The position numbers and the translations under genes were made by a program. Shown one piece after another: positions 33,862 through 44,569 of a stretch of DNA of 64,000 bases (position 1 is its first letter; every line of letters starts with the position of its first letter). Origin of the DNA: an uncultured Planctomycetota bacterium (GTDB taxonomy: Bacteria; Planctomycetota; Planctomycetia; Isosphaerales; Isosphaeraceae); assembly GCA_963845755.1 (NCBI GenBank), contig CAWJTV010000029.1, positions 224,001-288,000 on the forward strand. The letters are read 5' to 3'. The notes under the pieces were generated by a model. The model was not told the DNA's origin and ran no database searches. It saw only the letters and a list, made by a program, of their open reading frames with translations.

Positions 33862-36800
33862 TGGCCGCCTCGCGAGACGCTCGCCGAGATCTCGAAGCCA
33901 TTCCTCGGTCGGGAGTCCATAAGGGCGGAACTTCTCGAGGCGGTTTTGCTCCTCGCTGTGGAACAGCGCGCGATGGTTGCCGAGCTTGCTGGCGGTCGGG
34001 GTGTCGAGCATGTGACCGGAGTCGGTGGGACTCATCTGGAACAGGACCCGCATTTCGAATTCCCGGAGGATCTGGTGGGTGAAGTGCCGGTTGAGGTTGT
34101 TTACGGTGTCACACCACGCGATGATATGCACGCCCAGGCCGGCCCCCTCGCGGAGGATCAGGTCCAGATGATCGGCCGGTCCGGCATCGTCGTCGCGTCG
34201 CGAGAAGCTGAAATCATCCTCCTTGCGGCGGAGATCGCGGAACCGAGGCAGGTCGTGGATGAAGAGGAACAGCTCGGGACCGTCGCCGCCGGCCTCTTGA
34301 CGCCTCTGGATTTCGGCGGCCACCTCGGAGAGGATCCGGCCGGTATCGCGCCAGCCGCCGACTTCGACTCCGTGAGGCAACACCGCGGCCATGCGCGCGA
34401 GGGCCCCGGACTGAGGATGGTCCTCGGGCGTGCCGTCGAGGATGAAGAAGCGGGCCCCCGATCGCACGGTCGCCGGCCCGGCGGGCGGGAACTGTGCCGC
34501 CAGGCTCAGGAGGACCGAGGTGATCACTCCAAGCGCCGACTCGTCGTTCTGACCGACGATCAAGAGGTGATTACCACCCAGCCGGCGGAACAGGGCCGAG
34601 GTCGGGTCCTTGATCGCAATCGCGTCGCCCAGCCACGCCTGGGCCGAGCGCAAGGAGGGTGTCCACGCCGGGGGAACCAGGTGCTCGCGTAGCAGTGGAT
34701 TGAGGGCCAGGTTTGCCGGTGCATCGCCTTCGAAGACGATCGGCGTGCGCGACAGGACCGGTTTGCGTTCGCGCGCCAGTTCGTGGAGCCGCTCGAGGTA
34801 CCACTCGCGCCGCTCGTCGGAGAGCCAGACGACCTGAAAGAACTGGTTGGCCTCCGGCGCGCCGTTGGCGTTGTTGTAGATCGCCTCGCCGGGACGCGAG
34901 AGCATTTTCGGGGCAACGTTCGTCTCGCCGAGGATGAGGTGGGCGTCGGTCTCGCTGCACTGGAGTCGCGATCCGGACCGCCATCTGGCCGAGCGTGCTC
35001 CGACCCAGGCTCTGGGCGCCGCTCAAGCTCTGAGACCCCAGGAGCACATGGACGCCAAACGCCCGGCCTTGACGAACCAGGCGGTCGAGCCACAATGCGG
35101 CTTCCTGTGCCAGCTTGTCCTCCTCGACGAAGAACTCCTGGAACTCGTCCACGACCAGGAGGATCCGTGGGAGCGGGGGCGTACCGGGTGCGTTCCGATA
35201 GCCGTTGATGTCTTGCACGCCGGCATCGCGGAACCGGTCGGCGCGCAGGCGGAGCTCGGCATCCAGGCGCTGCAAGACGCTGAGCCCGAACTCGCGCTCG
35301 CTCTCGATCGCCACGACGCTGGCGTGCGGCAACTCGTGGGTCGCATAGACCTTGAACTCGACGCCTTTCTTGAAGTCGATCAGGTACAGGTCGATCTCGT
35401 CGGGGCTGTAGTTCAAGGCGATGTTGACGATGAGCGCGTGCATCAAAGTCGATTTGCCGGAGCCGGTACGGCCGGCAACCAGGACGTGCTGGGAGGTGCC
35501 GTGGCCCAGCTCGAGATGTTGTCGCTTGGTCGCCCCCGACTTGCCGAGCGGCACGTCGATCTCGCCCCGGCTGTCCTGTGTCCACCAGGCGTCGTTGGGC
35601 GGAGCGATGAACTCGAAGGGGACCTCGACGCGCTTGGCGTCCTTCGCCGCGGCGCCGACGCGCTGGATCTCCCGCGTCGCGAAGTCGGCGGGGGGCGGCG
35701 AGTCGAGCATCAGGGGGTATCGTCCGAAATCGCGTTCGTCCCAGACCAGGCGCGACCCGTCCCACGTCAGGCGTTCACAGTACGGCTGGAGGTCGCTCAT
35801 CGCGAAGTCCGCCGGGAGCGGCTTGGACTGGTCGATGGCGATCAGGATGAGGACGCCGCAGGGAATGCCCCCGGCGGCGATCGCCGCCAGGCGTCCGGCA
35901 GACTTCTCGTCGAAGCGGGTGGGGAAGTCGGCGACGACCAGCACGCGGTACGGCTCGGCGACCTCGCCGGCCACGGCGTTGTACTCCTCGAGCGTGGCGT
36001 ACTCGTTCCGGAGATACTTCTGGGTCACCATCTCCATGTGGGTCGTCAGGTCGGCCAGACGCTCGTCAATCTGGCGGGCGTCGGTCCAGACCTGGTTGGT
36101 CACCAGGGCCCCATCGTAGTCGGCGAGGTGCATGAAGGCCCCGAAATTCCTGCCGATGCCGATCGGATCGACGATCGTGAAGCGGACCTGGCCGGGTGGC
36201 AGGCTCGTCAGCATGCGGAACATCGATGCCTGGAGGACCTTCAGAGCCTCCTGCCGGCCTTCGGGAGGGGTGACGATGAGCAGGTTGGCCGCGGAAGGGA
36301 ATGTGCAAAGTGCCGGCAGGTCAAACCGAGATGGCAAGTTCTCCATCAAGCGGGCGTCGGCCGGAAGCCCGCCCGGCAACTTGGCCATGTCGAGCGGGAT
36401 CTCGCCCATGCGGAGCACCGGCGGGAGCACCTGGGGGAGTGACCGGCTCGGCCAGACCGGGTCGTCCCAGGCCGGACAGTAGCCGGCGGTCTCGCGACGG
36501 ATCGCTTCGACCTCCGCCGCGGCCGCCTGCATCCCGCTCCGCCAGGACTCGGCCATGTCGCGCCAGGAGGTCTCGTGGTGGGACCGGATCTGGTCCTTGA
36601 GCGTCTGGTACTTCTCCTCGAGCCGGCGCGACCTCGCCTCGGCCTGAGTTTTGAGCTCGGCCATCAGCCGGTCGTGCTCCGTGATGGCGTCGCGCAAGAT
36701 TGCGTTGCTGGGCCGTCTGCACGTTCAACCATGCGCGTGGCGTACACCTCATTGATCTTGCGGAGGCGCTCGTCGCGCTGGGCTTCGGCGGCGCGAAACG

Positions 36801-37827
36801 CCTTGGCGTAATTGGCTTCGACCTTCTTCAGGTCTTCTTCGCGACGCGCGGAGAGAACCTGCCGTGCGTCCTTGAGCCGGTCGTCGACCAGTCCACGACA
36901 ATAGAGTGCAAGGTTATCGGAGTCGGCCAGCGAGTGCATGAGCGGCACGTAGAGCCGTTCGAGCTGGGCTCTTGAGAGCTTGACGAGCCAGATTCGAAGC
37001 AGCACGGCGACGGCCGCGCCGGCGGCCGCGCCGACGACCATCTCGGGGAGTTTGCCGCCGGCCAGCACGGCGGCCGCGACCATGAGGAGGATGACGACGA
37101 CGTAGATCCAGATCTCGTTCTGCCCCTTGAGCACCTTGGGGATGAAGAGACTTTCGAGCAGCTTGAGGGGGCCGTCCATCCGGGAGAGGCGGTTGAACAG
37201 CTCGTCGACCGGGTCGTCGAACTTGGAGTAATTCTCCTCGGAGGGTATCGGCGCCTCGGTGTTGAGCTTGACCTTCGCGTAGTCGGCGGCGATGGTCGCG
37301 AGCCGGCCACGGTGGCCGTCGGCCATCCGCATCAGGTCGAGGATCGGCTTGACCCCGGCGGAGTGTTCCTGGACCGCCTTGGCCTGGCCCTTCTCGAAGT
37401 TGCCGGCAACCTCGCTCTTGCCCCGATTGGCATCGTTCCTGGTCCCCTCGCGGGCTCGGTCGAAGTCCTGGGCGATCTTCCGGCTTGAGGAGGCGAACTC
37501 ATTCTTGGCCTCGGCCTCACCCCGCATCGTCTCCTCGACGATCGCCCGCCGGCGCTCTACGTCGGCCGAGCGCGCATCCCGATCCGACTGCTCGAACTTC
37601 TCCTGTCGATTCCGGCGTGCTTTCTGGTACTCGGCATCGGCCGTGGCGGCGGCGGTGGCTCGAGTCTCCTCCACCTTGGCCTCGGCGCCGGCGCGCTCGG
37701 ACACCAGCCGGAGAATTTCCCGGAGCGCGGCGCGCTCGCGCCTCAGCAATTCGGGCTGGGAGTCCGGCAAGGGGGCGGGGCCGGCATCCGGCACGGAGAT
37801 GGTTTCCACAGAAGTCGTGATGCTCAC
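33817..37827 (-). CDS. EccC/EssC-like FtsK/SpoIIIE ATPase (~1330 aa): coiled coil, 2 TM, coiled coil, three FtsK-like domains; frameshifts near 36700 and 34960
   Basis: Joined ORFs 36664..38073, 34571..36697 and 33817..34905; Walker A GRTGSGKS, IDFKKG, Walker B LVVDEFQE, RQGRAFGVH; GTG start overlaps the upstream TGA. Confidence 0.85.
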
Positions 37828-38063
37828 AGGATTTCGCTCCGGTCGGAACAGTCGCGGCGGACCTGATCGAGGATCTCGGCGATCTTCTGAATTCCGTTGA
37901 CGGCCGAATCGACCGCCGACTCCAGGGGAAGCAGGTAGCGTTCCTCGAATCGATGGCGGACCGAGTCGCTCCAGGTCGCCTCGGTGATCAGCCACTGATC
38001 GCGGAGGAGACGGGCGCACTGGCCCAGACGAGTCGAGCCGGCGAGGACCTTGGCGTTCGGCAT
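37824..38063 (-). CDS. Small WXG100-like helical protein (W-x-D variant)
   Basis: 79 aa, two predicted helices around TWSD; translationally coupled to the FtsK gene. Confidence 0.6.
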   Translation of the reverse strand: MPNAKVLAGSTRLGQCARLLRDQWLITEATWSDSVRHRFEERYLLPLESAVDSAVNGIQKIAEILDQVRRDCSDRSEIL

Positions 38064-38121
38064 GTTGCATCACCCCGATCGGATTTCAAAAGAAGCAGGC
38101 TGACCGCCTCGGCACGGGTCT

Positions 38122-38814
38122 TCACTCGGCCGCCCCGGCGCCCTCTGCCTGGTCGTCGGTGGCCGATGCCTCGGCTTCATCGGGCGCAGGCGGTGCCTCG
38201 GATTCGCTGGCCTCGGGGACCCGAGCGGCTGGGCTCGTGGCGGCCGGGGCCTCGGCGATCATCCTCGTCGCGATCGATTCCAGCTCGGCCGAGGCTCGGA
38301 TCGGCCCCGACTCCAGCCCGGTCCCCGAGGGCGGCTGGATACGGAGGTAGGCCTCCAGGGCATCGACCAGCTTGGAGAGCAGATCGACGGCGGCCGGGAG
38401 ATCCGCGCCCGCCGCGTCCTTGAGCCGCTGCACGCTCCCGTGGTATTCGAGCACGGCATGCTGGAGCTTGGGCTGCCACTTCCTGACCATGGTGAGCCGT
38501 TTCTCGGCGTCTTGCAAGCTGGCTTCCGCCTTGCGGAGGTTTTCCTTCTGCTCACTCATCGGGGGGGTGTAGTCCGGTCGCTTCTGGAGGTTCTTGCGAA
38601 AGACCTCCGCGCGGGCCTGGGAGACCAGCTCACGGCGCCGTTTGATCTGATCCTGCCAGTAGGCCGGCCGCTCCTGCTCGAGCCAGCGAACCGTGCGACG
38701 AACCTCCGCCTCGATGGCACCCAGCGCGCCCAGCGTGTCGTCGCTGTAAAGGGCGAGGGCGACCCGAAAGTCCTTGAGTGCATCGACTGAATGAACCGTG
38801 GCTTGGGAGCTCAT
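38122..38814 (-). CDS. Helical coiled-coil protein with WXG100/LXG-like N-terminus and Ala/Pro/Glu-rich tail
   Basis: ATVHSVDALKDFRVAL start, heptad helices, low-complexity C-terminus; first gene of the FtsK operon. Confidence 0.6.
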   Translation of the reverse strand: MSSQATVHSVDALKDFRVALALYSDDTLGALGAIEAEVRRTVRWLEQERPAYWQDQIKRRRELVSQARAEVFRKNLQKRPDYTPPMSEQKENLRKAEASLQDAEKRLTMVRKWQPKLQHAVLEYHGSVQRLKDAAGADLPAAVDLLSKLVDALEAYLRIQPPSGTGLESGPIRASAELESIATRMIAEAPAATSPAARVPEASESEAPPAPDEAEASATDDQAEGAGAAE

Positions 38815-39041
38815 CGCGTTGTTCCCGTACCGTGGCCAGTAGCGTCATCCGACCCCTAGAAACCTCGACATGCCTGCATGGCCGAGACTATCAGAGACTC
38901 CATGAGCTGTAAAGGATGATGTCCAGGACGATAGCGATTGAGACAGCATCCATGATGGCTTGGCCCTCATGGATTCATGGATCAACACGTACAAGCGATT
39001 CGATCCACAAGATCGTGGATTCGATTTCGCGGATTCGGCCC

Positions 39042-40516
39042 TCAGTCCGAGGTCGAGGCGACCGCCTTGGAGGGATGGACGACCGCCGGGGCGACGTCCG
39101 GCGACGGCGCCGAGGGCAGGCGGACCACGAAGCGGCTGCCCCGATCCGGCTCGCTCTCCACGGAGATCGTGCCGCCGTGGGTCTCGGCGATGCGCCGGGC
39201 GACCGCCAGGCCCAGCCCGACCCCCGCGCGGCCGAGCCGTCGGGCCGACTCGGCGCGATAGAACGGCTCGAAGACGCGCGGGAGGTCCTCGGCCGGGATG
39301 CCGCAGCCGCGGTCCTCCACCGACATCGCGACGGCGCCGGGTTCGCACCAGGTGCGGACGAGGATCGGTGTGCCCGGTCCGCTGTACTTGCACGCGTTTT
39401 CGAGCAAGTTGTCCAGCAACTGGCCGAGCAGCGGCCGGTGCGCCCGGGTCCAGAACGGGCCACCGTCGCAACCTTCGAAGTGCAGGTCGGCCGCCCGCCC
39501 GCGGCCGGACCAGGCGCGGAGATGGTCGGCGGCCCAGGCGGCCAGATCGAGGCGTTCCAGGTTGGGCAGCTCCGCCTCGGCGTCGGCCCGAGCGAGGAAC
39601 AGCAGCGCCTCGACGACTCGCCAGAGCCGGACGGCGTCGTCGTGGAGCTGGTCCAGGACGCGCTCATGGTCCTCGACGGTGCGCGGGCGGCGCGCGGGCG
39701 ACCTCGATCGCGGCGATCAGGGCGGCCAGCGGAGTGCGGAGCTGGTGCGACGCCTGGCCGGTGAACTGCCGCTGCCGCTCCAACGCCACGTGGAGGCGGT
39801 CGAGGAGCCCGTTGAAACTGCCGGCGAAGTCCTCCAGTTCATCGCGCGTCCCGGGGCTGGGCAGCCGGCAGTCGTCGAAGGGCATGGTGCGGGCCGACTC
39901 GGCCATCATCGTCAGCGGGGCGAGGGCACGTCGGCCGAAATGACGGCCGATCGCCGCGGCCAGCACCCAGAGGCCGATGGAGATCAGCGGCAGGATGGCC
40001 GCCAGCGACCGGATCTCGGCCTCCACCGGCTCGAGCGAGGCCCATGCGGCCAGCACTCGGGGCGAGCGCTCGCGGCCTGGCCCGCCGCCTTTGCGCTCCT
40101 CCCGCGCCGGCGGCCTCGGGCGACGTTCCTTGCCCCGGGCCTCGGCCGGCCCGCGACCGCGGCGTCCGCCGCCGATCGGCCGCGCGAGGACCCGCCATCG
40201 CAGGCCGTCCGGACCCTGGATCGTCGTCGCCACGTCCACCGCGATCGGGCCGAGGTCGCGGCCATCGAGGACCATCGGCCGACCGGCGACCGGCGCCGCC
40301 CTCGATCCTCCGTCCCTCGTCGTAAATGGCCCAGGTCACGCGGCCGGTCTCGACCTCGGGGCGATCCGGGAAGCGGTCCAGCGTCGCCTCCAGCTCCTGG
40401 TCCAGGGCGAGCCGCAGGCGCAGCCCGGCGAGGAAGTACAGGCACGCGGAGAACCCGCCGAGGGCCAGCGCCAGCGCCACGAGGAACGCGACCGAGACGC
40501 GCGTGACCAGGCTCAT
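39042..40516 (-). CDS. Membrane sensor histidine kinase (HAMP-HisKA-HATPase); frameshifts near 40290 and 39690
   Basis: 2 TM; RDELEDFAGSFN, ASHQLRTPL, NLLENACKYS, DRGCGI, GVGLGLA; ATGA overlap with the regulator. Confidence 0.88.
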
Positions 40517-41213
40517 GGGTCCTCCTCGGCCGCCGGGTGCGGCGGATCGCCGAGCCGGTAGCCCCGGCCCCGTACCGTCTGGATCAGCCGCGAGCCCCGC
40601 GCCTCCAACGACCGGCGCAAGGATACGATGTGGACGTCCAGTGTGTTGGAGACGAAGTCGAAGACCTCGCCCCAGACGTGCCCGTAGATCCGCGCCCGCG
40701 ACAGGATCTCGTCGGGATGCCGGAGGAAGAAGACCAGCAGGGCGAACTCCTTGGCCGTCAGGTCCAGGGGATGGCCGGCCCGCTCGGCCTTCTGCGCCGC
40801 CAGGTCCACGCGTACGTCGCGATAGGAGAGCGTCATGACCTCGACCGGGCGCCCGCGCCGGATCAGAGCCCGGCGCGGGCCAGCAGCTCCTCGAAGGCGA
40901 ACGGCTTGCAGACGTAGTCGTCGGCGCCGCCGTCGAGGCCGCGCACCCGGTCGCTGACCGCGTCGCGCGCCGTGAGGAAGAGAACGGGCGTGGTCCCGCC
41001 CTCGCGACGATGGCCCTTCAGGACCGCCAGGCCGTCCGGGCCGGGCAGCCACCAGTCGAGGATGACGAGGTCCCAGTCGCCGGACCTCAGCGCCTCCCGG
41101 GCCGCATCGCCGTCGGCGGCGTGCGCGACGGTGAAGCCCTCGTCCGACAGCCCGTCGACGATCGATCGGGCGAGGCTCGCGTCGTCCTCGATCACCAGAA
41201 CCCGGCCCGCCAC
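40513..41213 (-). CDS. OmpR-family response regulator; frameshift near 40870
   Basis: VLVIEDD, ILDWWLPGPDG, FLTARD, GADDYVCKPF; LTAKEFALL, LIQTVRGRGY. Confidence 0.9.
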
Positions 41214-41723
41214 GACAACTCCTCCCATCCCGCGACCTCTCACGATCCGATGAGCGCAACGATCGTATTTCAGCACAATCGGCCGGGCCGTGGGAGTCGC
41301 GAGCGCGAGGATGAAGCGGAATTTAGGAAAAATGCTTTCCGGTCTCGAATGCCTTGCTGATACCGTTAGTGTGTCCGCGGGGATCTCCTGAGACCTCGCG
41401 AAAGCCCGATAGAACGGACTCGATTGAGTCCTCCCCACCATGGCCCGCGAGGCCCGCCGAAGGCCAGGTGCGGACCTCCGAGTTCCACAGTGATTGGAGA
41501 GCACAAACCGATGAACGGTTCGACAAGTCGGATCGCGTCCTGTGTCACTCCCGTGTTGCTGTTCGCTGTCGCCGAAGGAGCCCAATAGCCTGACGGCAGC
41601 CCGTTCGACCGGTTCGACGAGGTCGACAAGACCGAAGATGGCTTCGGCAGAAAGCCTACTGATCCCCTCGTGATCGAGTCGGCAAGGCGACGCGAAGATC
41701 ACCCTCCGCTTAAAGGGATCTCT

Positions 41724-42077
41724 ATGTTCGAGCAAGCTGAGCGCACGATTGACTATGTCGGCAATCTACCACCCGCGGCAGTCATCGGAGCATTGCTCCT
41801 GGCTTTCGTCATTGCTCTGACGGCCGTCGGCGTCTATCGCTGGCTAGCGGGACGCAAACCGGACGCCTTGATGCTGCTGGTGTGCCTGGTCCTCCTGGGA
41901 AACCTCGCGTGTACTCTGGCTGCTGTCGGCTTCGTCCAGTCGACGGTGCCGACGATCCGCCTGATCGAACGGCGCGGCCGGCCTCCGCGAGACCGAATCA
42001 TGAACGTGTACGACCACGTCGCCAAGCCCGACGCCCCGATCGGGCCAGATGGTTCCTCGGCCCGACACTCCCGATGA
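41724..42077 (+). CDS. Small 2-TM hypothetical protein
   Basis: Two clear hydrophobic helices; divergent from the two-component system. Confidence 0.5.
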   Translation: MFEQAERTIDYVGNLPPAAVIGALLLAFVIALTAVGVYRWLAGRKPDALMLLVCLVLLGNLACTLAAVGFVQSTVPTIRLIERRGRPPRDRIMNVYDHVAKPDAPIGPDGSSARHSR

Positions 42078-42502
42078 ACCGCGCGCATCGCCGATCCGCA
42101 CGATCAGGACACCGACATCTCCGATGACAACACGACCAGCCGATCGGAGGGAGGCGAGTTCGACCAATGAAGCGGGTATTAGGTGCGGGGCTGACGGTCC
42201 AGTCTGGAGTGGACCGGCATGATTCCGCGGCCGGTTCTTCCCGAGAGCGAAGATGAAGCGGAGTTCTCGGAGCGGCACGGTTCAACATCGTCATCGGTAT
42301 GCGCCGCAGGCCTGAGCGGCCCGCTGGGCGGTTCCGGCCCGTTGCATGAATGAAAACGCTCTCACGAAGAAGAACGTCCTCAGCGAGTGCGCCGCGGAAT
42401 TCAAGGCCCAAGTCGTCGTCGGCTAGCGGTTCCTGCTGGAGCGATGTATCCGAAGTTGCCAGTGATGACCGCCGACCTCCCGTGGCGAAACAATGGCTCA
42501 GA

Positions 42503-42653
42503 CCTAACGCGGCCTCCGGCCGCAACCCCATCGGGATTCCCGATTCGCGATCCCGGATTCCCGAAGGGGAATGATTCCGGAATCGGGAATCTCGAATCCG
42601 GAATTCGGAATCCCCAGATGCACGCACGGCGCGAGGATCCTACGGAGGACGAC
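42503..42653 (+). repeat. Heptamer-built palindromic element, copy 3 (151 bp)
   Basis: Colinear with 7330-7480, same length, only scattered substitutions. Confidence 0.9.
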
Positions 42654-42689
42654 TCGAATGCGTATACCCTGGAATGAAAGCCAAGGCTG

Positions 42690-43349
42690 ATGACCGCTAG
42701 ACCGATCGAGCTATTGTCGCGGGCGCGCCAGGGTGAGACCGAGGCGTTGGGCGAGTTGTGCGCCTTGTATCGGGATTATCTGCGGATGCGGGTCCGCTCC
42801 GGCCTGGGACGCCGGTTGCGCGAACGAGTCGAGGTGTCGGACGTGGTCCAGGAGGTACTCGTGGAAGTCGTCCGGCAGTTCCCTCAGTTTACGGGTCAGA
42901 ACGATGCGGCCGTCGTGGGATGGTTGCGGCGGCTGGTCTGCCAAAAGTTGGCCGACCTGGGCCGGTACCATTGCCGGACCAAACGGGCAGGGAACGCGAT
43001 GGCCCTGCCGCTGGATGTCGTTCCCGAGAGTGGGGGCCTGGCCGGCAACGAGAGGGGGCGGTCTCTCGAGGGGCTGGCCCTGAGCCAGACCAGCCCAAGC
43101 CAGGTGGTCAGCAAGCGCGAGCAGTTCGACCTGTTGGCCGATGCCCTCTCTGGCCTGGCCGAGCAGGAGGCTGACGTCCTGTGGTTCTACTTTGCCGAGA
43201 ACCTGACGTTCGAGGCGATCGGCCAGCGGCTAAACCTAAGCCGGAAATCGGTCAGCCGGATCGTCGCCCACGGTTTGAAGAAACTGAAACGCTCGCTGGA
43301 AGGGCCGCCCGGTGGCGCCCTGAGGTACGACGAAAGTCCAGCGTGCTGA
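42690..43349 (+). CDS. Planctomycete-specific ECF sigma-70 factor
   Basis: ALGEL...YRDYL, SDVVQE, FPQFTG, GWLRRL, QTSPSQ, region-4 HTH. Confidence 0.88.
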   Translation: MTARPIELLSRARQGETEALGELCALYRDYLRMRVRSGLGRRLRERVEVSDVVQEVLVEVVRQFPQFTGQNDAAVVGWLRRLVCQKLADLGRYHCRTKRAGNAMALPLDVVPESGGLAGNERGRSLEGLALSQTSPSQVVSKREQFDLLADALSGLAEQEADVLWFYFAENLTFEAIGQRLNLSRKSVSRIVAHGLKKLKRSLEGPPGGALRYDESPAC

Positions 43350-43739
43350 CATCTCGGTCGATCGCCGCTTCGGAGCCGAACGCCCATACCCGGTTTGCCG
43401 GCTATCGACTCAGGGACTTCTGCGAAAAACGCGAACTGCGTTCGGGCGAGTCCTCGGGCGGGCCGGAAACGACGCATCGATCGGCGGGCCGGGCCGGTGT
43501 CCGCGTCCGGCCGTCACGGTCCGGACCGGACCGGCACGAGCCCGCGCCTGGGGCGGCCCGAGGTGCGCCCGATGAAGGGGAATTTAGGTTTAGGAGCAGC
43601 CCGAGGGGGGGCTCATGTCGCCTCTCTCAGGCACGGGTCGCCGCCCGATGATCGTCGCGAGGGCTCGCGACGCGACGCGGCTCGCCACCCGACTTGCGTG
43701 CATCCCTCAATCCGAGACCCGAACAGGAGTTGACTTCCC

Positions 43740-44412
43740 ATGATCACGACCGGCATCAAGAATAGCCGCCGGGGATTCCTCGGAACGCTCGCCCTCGGCG
43801 CGACCGCCTTCACGACCCGAGGCGCCTTCGCCGAGGAGTTGACCCGGACCCCCACCACGAACGAGGGGCCGTTCTTCCCGAAGAAGCTCCCGCTCGACAC
43901 CGACAACGACCTGCTGATCATCAACGACACGATCACACCCGCCGTCGGCGAGATCACGCATCTCAGCGGCCGGCTTCTCGACGCCAAGGGGACCCCGCTC
44001 CGCAACGCCGTCATCGAGATCTGGCAGTGCGACCGCGACGGCACCTACCTCAAGCAGCATCAACAGGGCGAGGAGAAGTTCGACACGAACTTCCAGGGAT
44101 ACGGGCGATTCCTGACAAGCTCGACCGGCGAGTTCTACTTCCGGACGATCAAGCCGGTCCCCTACCGGGGACGCTCTGCGGCGCACATCCACGCGGCGGG
44201 TCTGGAAGGGGGACAAGAAGCTACTGACGACCGAGTGCTTCGTCAAGGGCCTCCAGAACAACGAGCGGGATGGCCAGTTCCGCAGCATCCGCAGCCGCGA
44301 TCCCAAGGGCCACGCGACCCTCTGCCTGGACTTCGCCCCGATCAGGGATTCCCGGATTGGCGAGCTCGCTGCGAGATGGGACATTATCCTAGGATACAGT
44401 CCTGAAGCCTGA
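43740..44412 (+). CDS. Tat-exported intradiol ring-cleavage dioxygenase-like protein; frameshift near 44195
   Basis: SRRGFL; EGPFFP, IEIWQCD, GTY, FRTIKPVPY, HIH; shifted frame LLTTECFVKG...WDIILG. Confidence 0.85.
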
Positions 44413-44569
44413 GTCGATCGGGAAGAGGGTCACCCGCGGAGCGTTCCCCAACCGCGGACCCTCGCCGACGTATGCCGCGCCGTGACAGTCCCCGGGGCAC
44501 CGCGATTAGTTGGCGCCCTCGACGAGAGGCGATCCGAGAGACGAGTACCTGCCCACGAGAGGAGAACCG

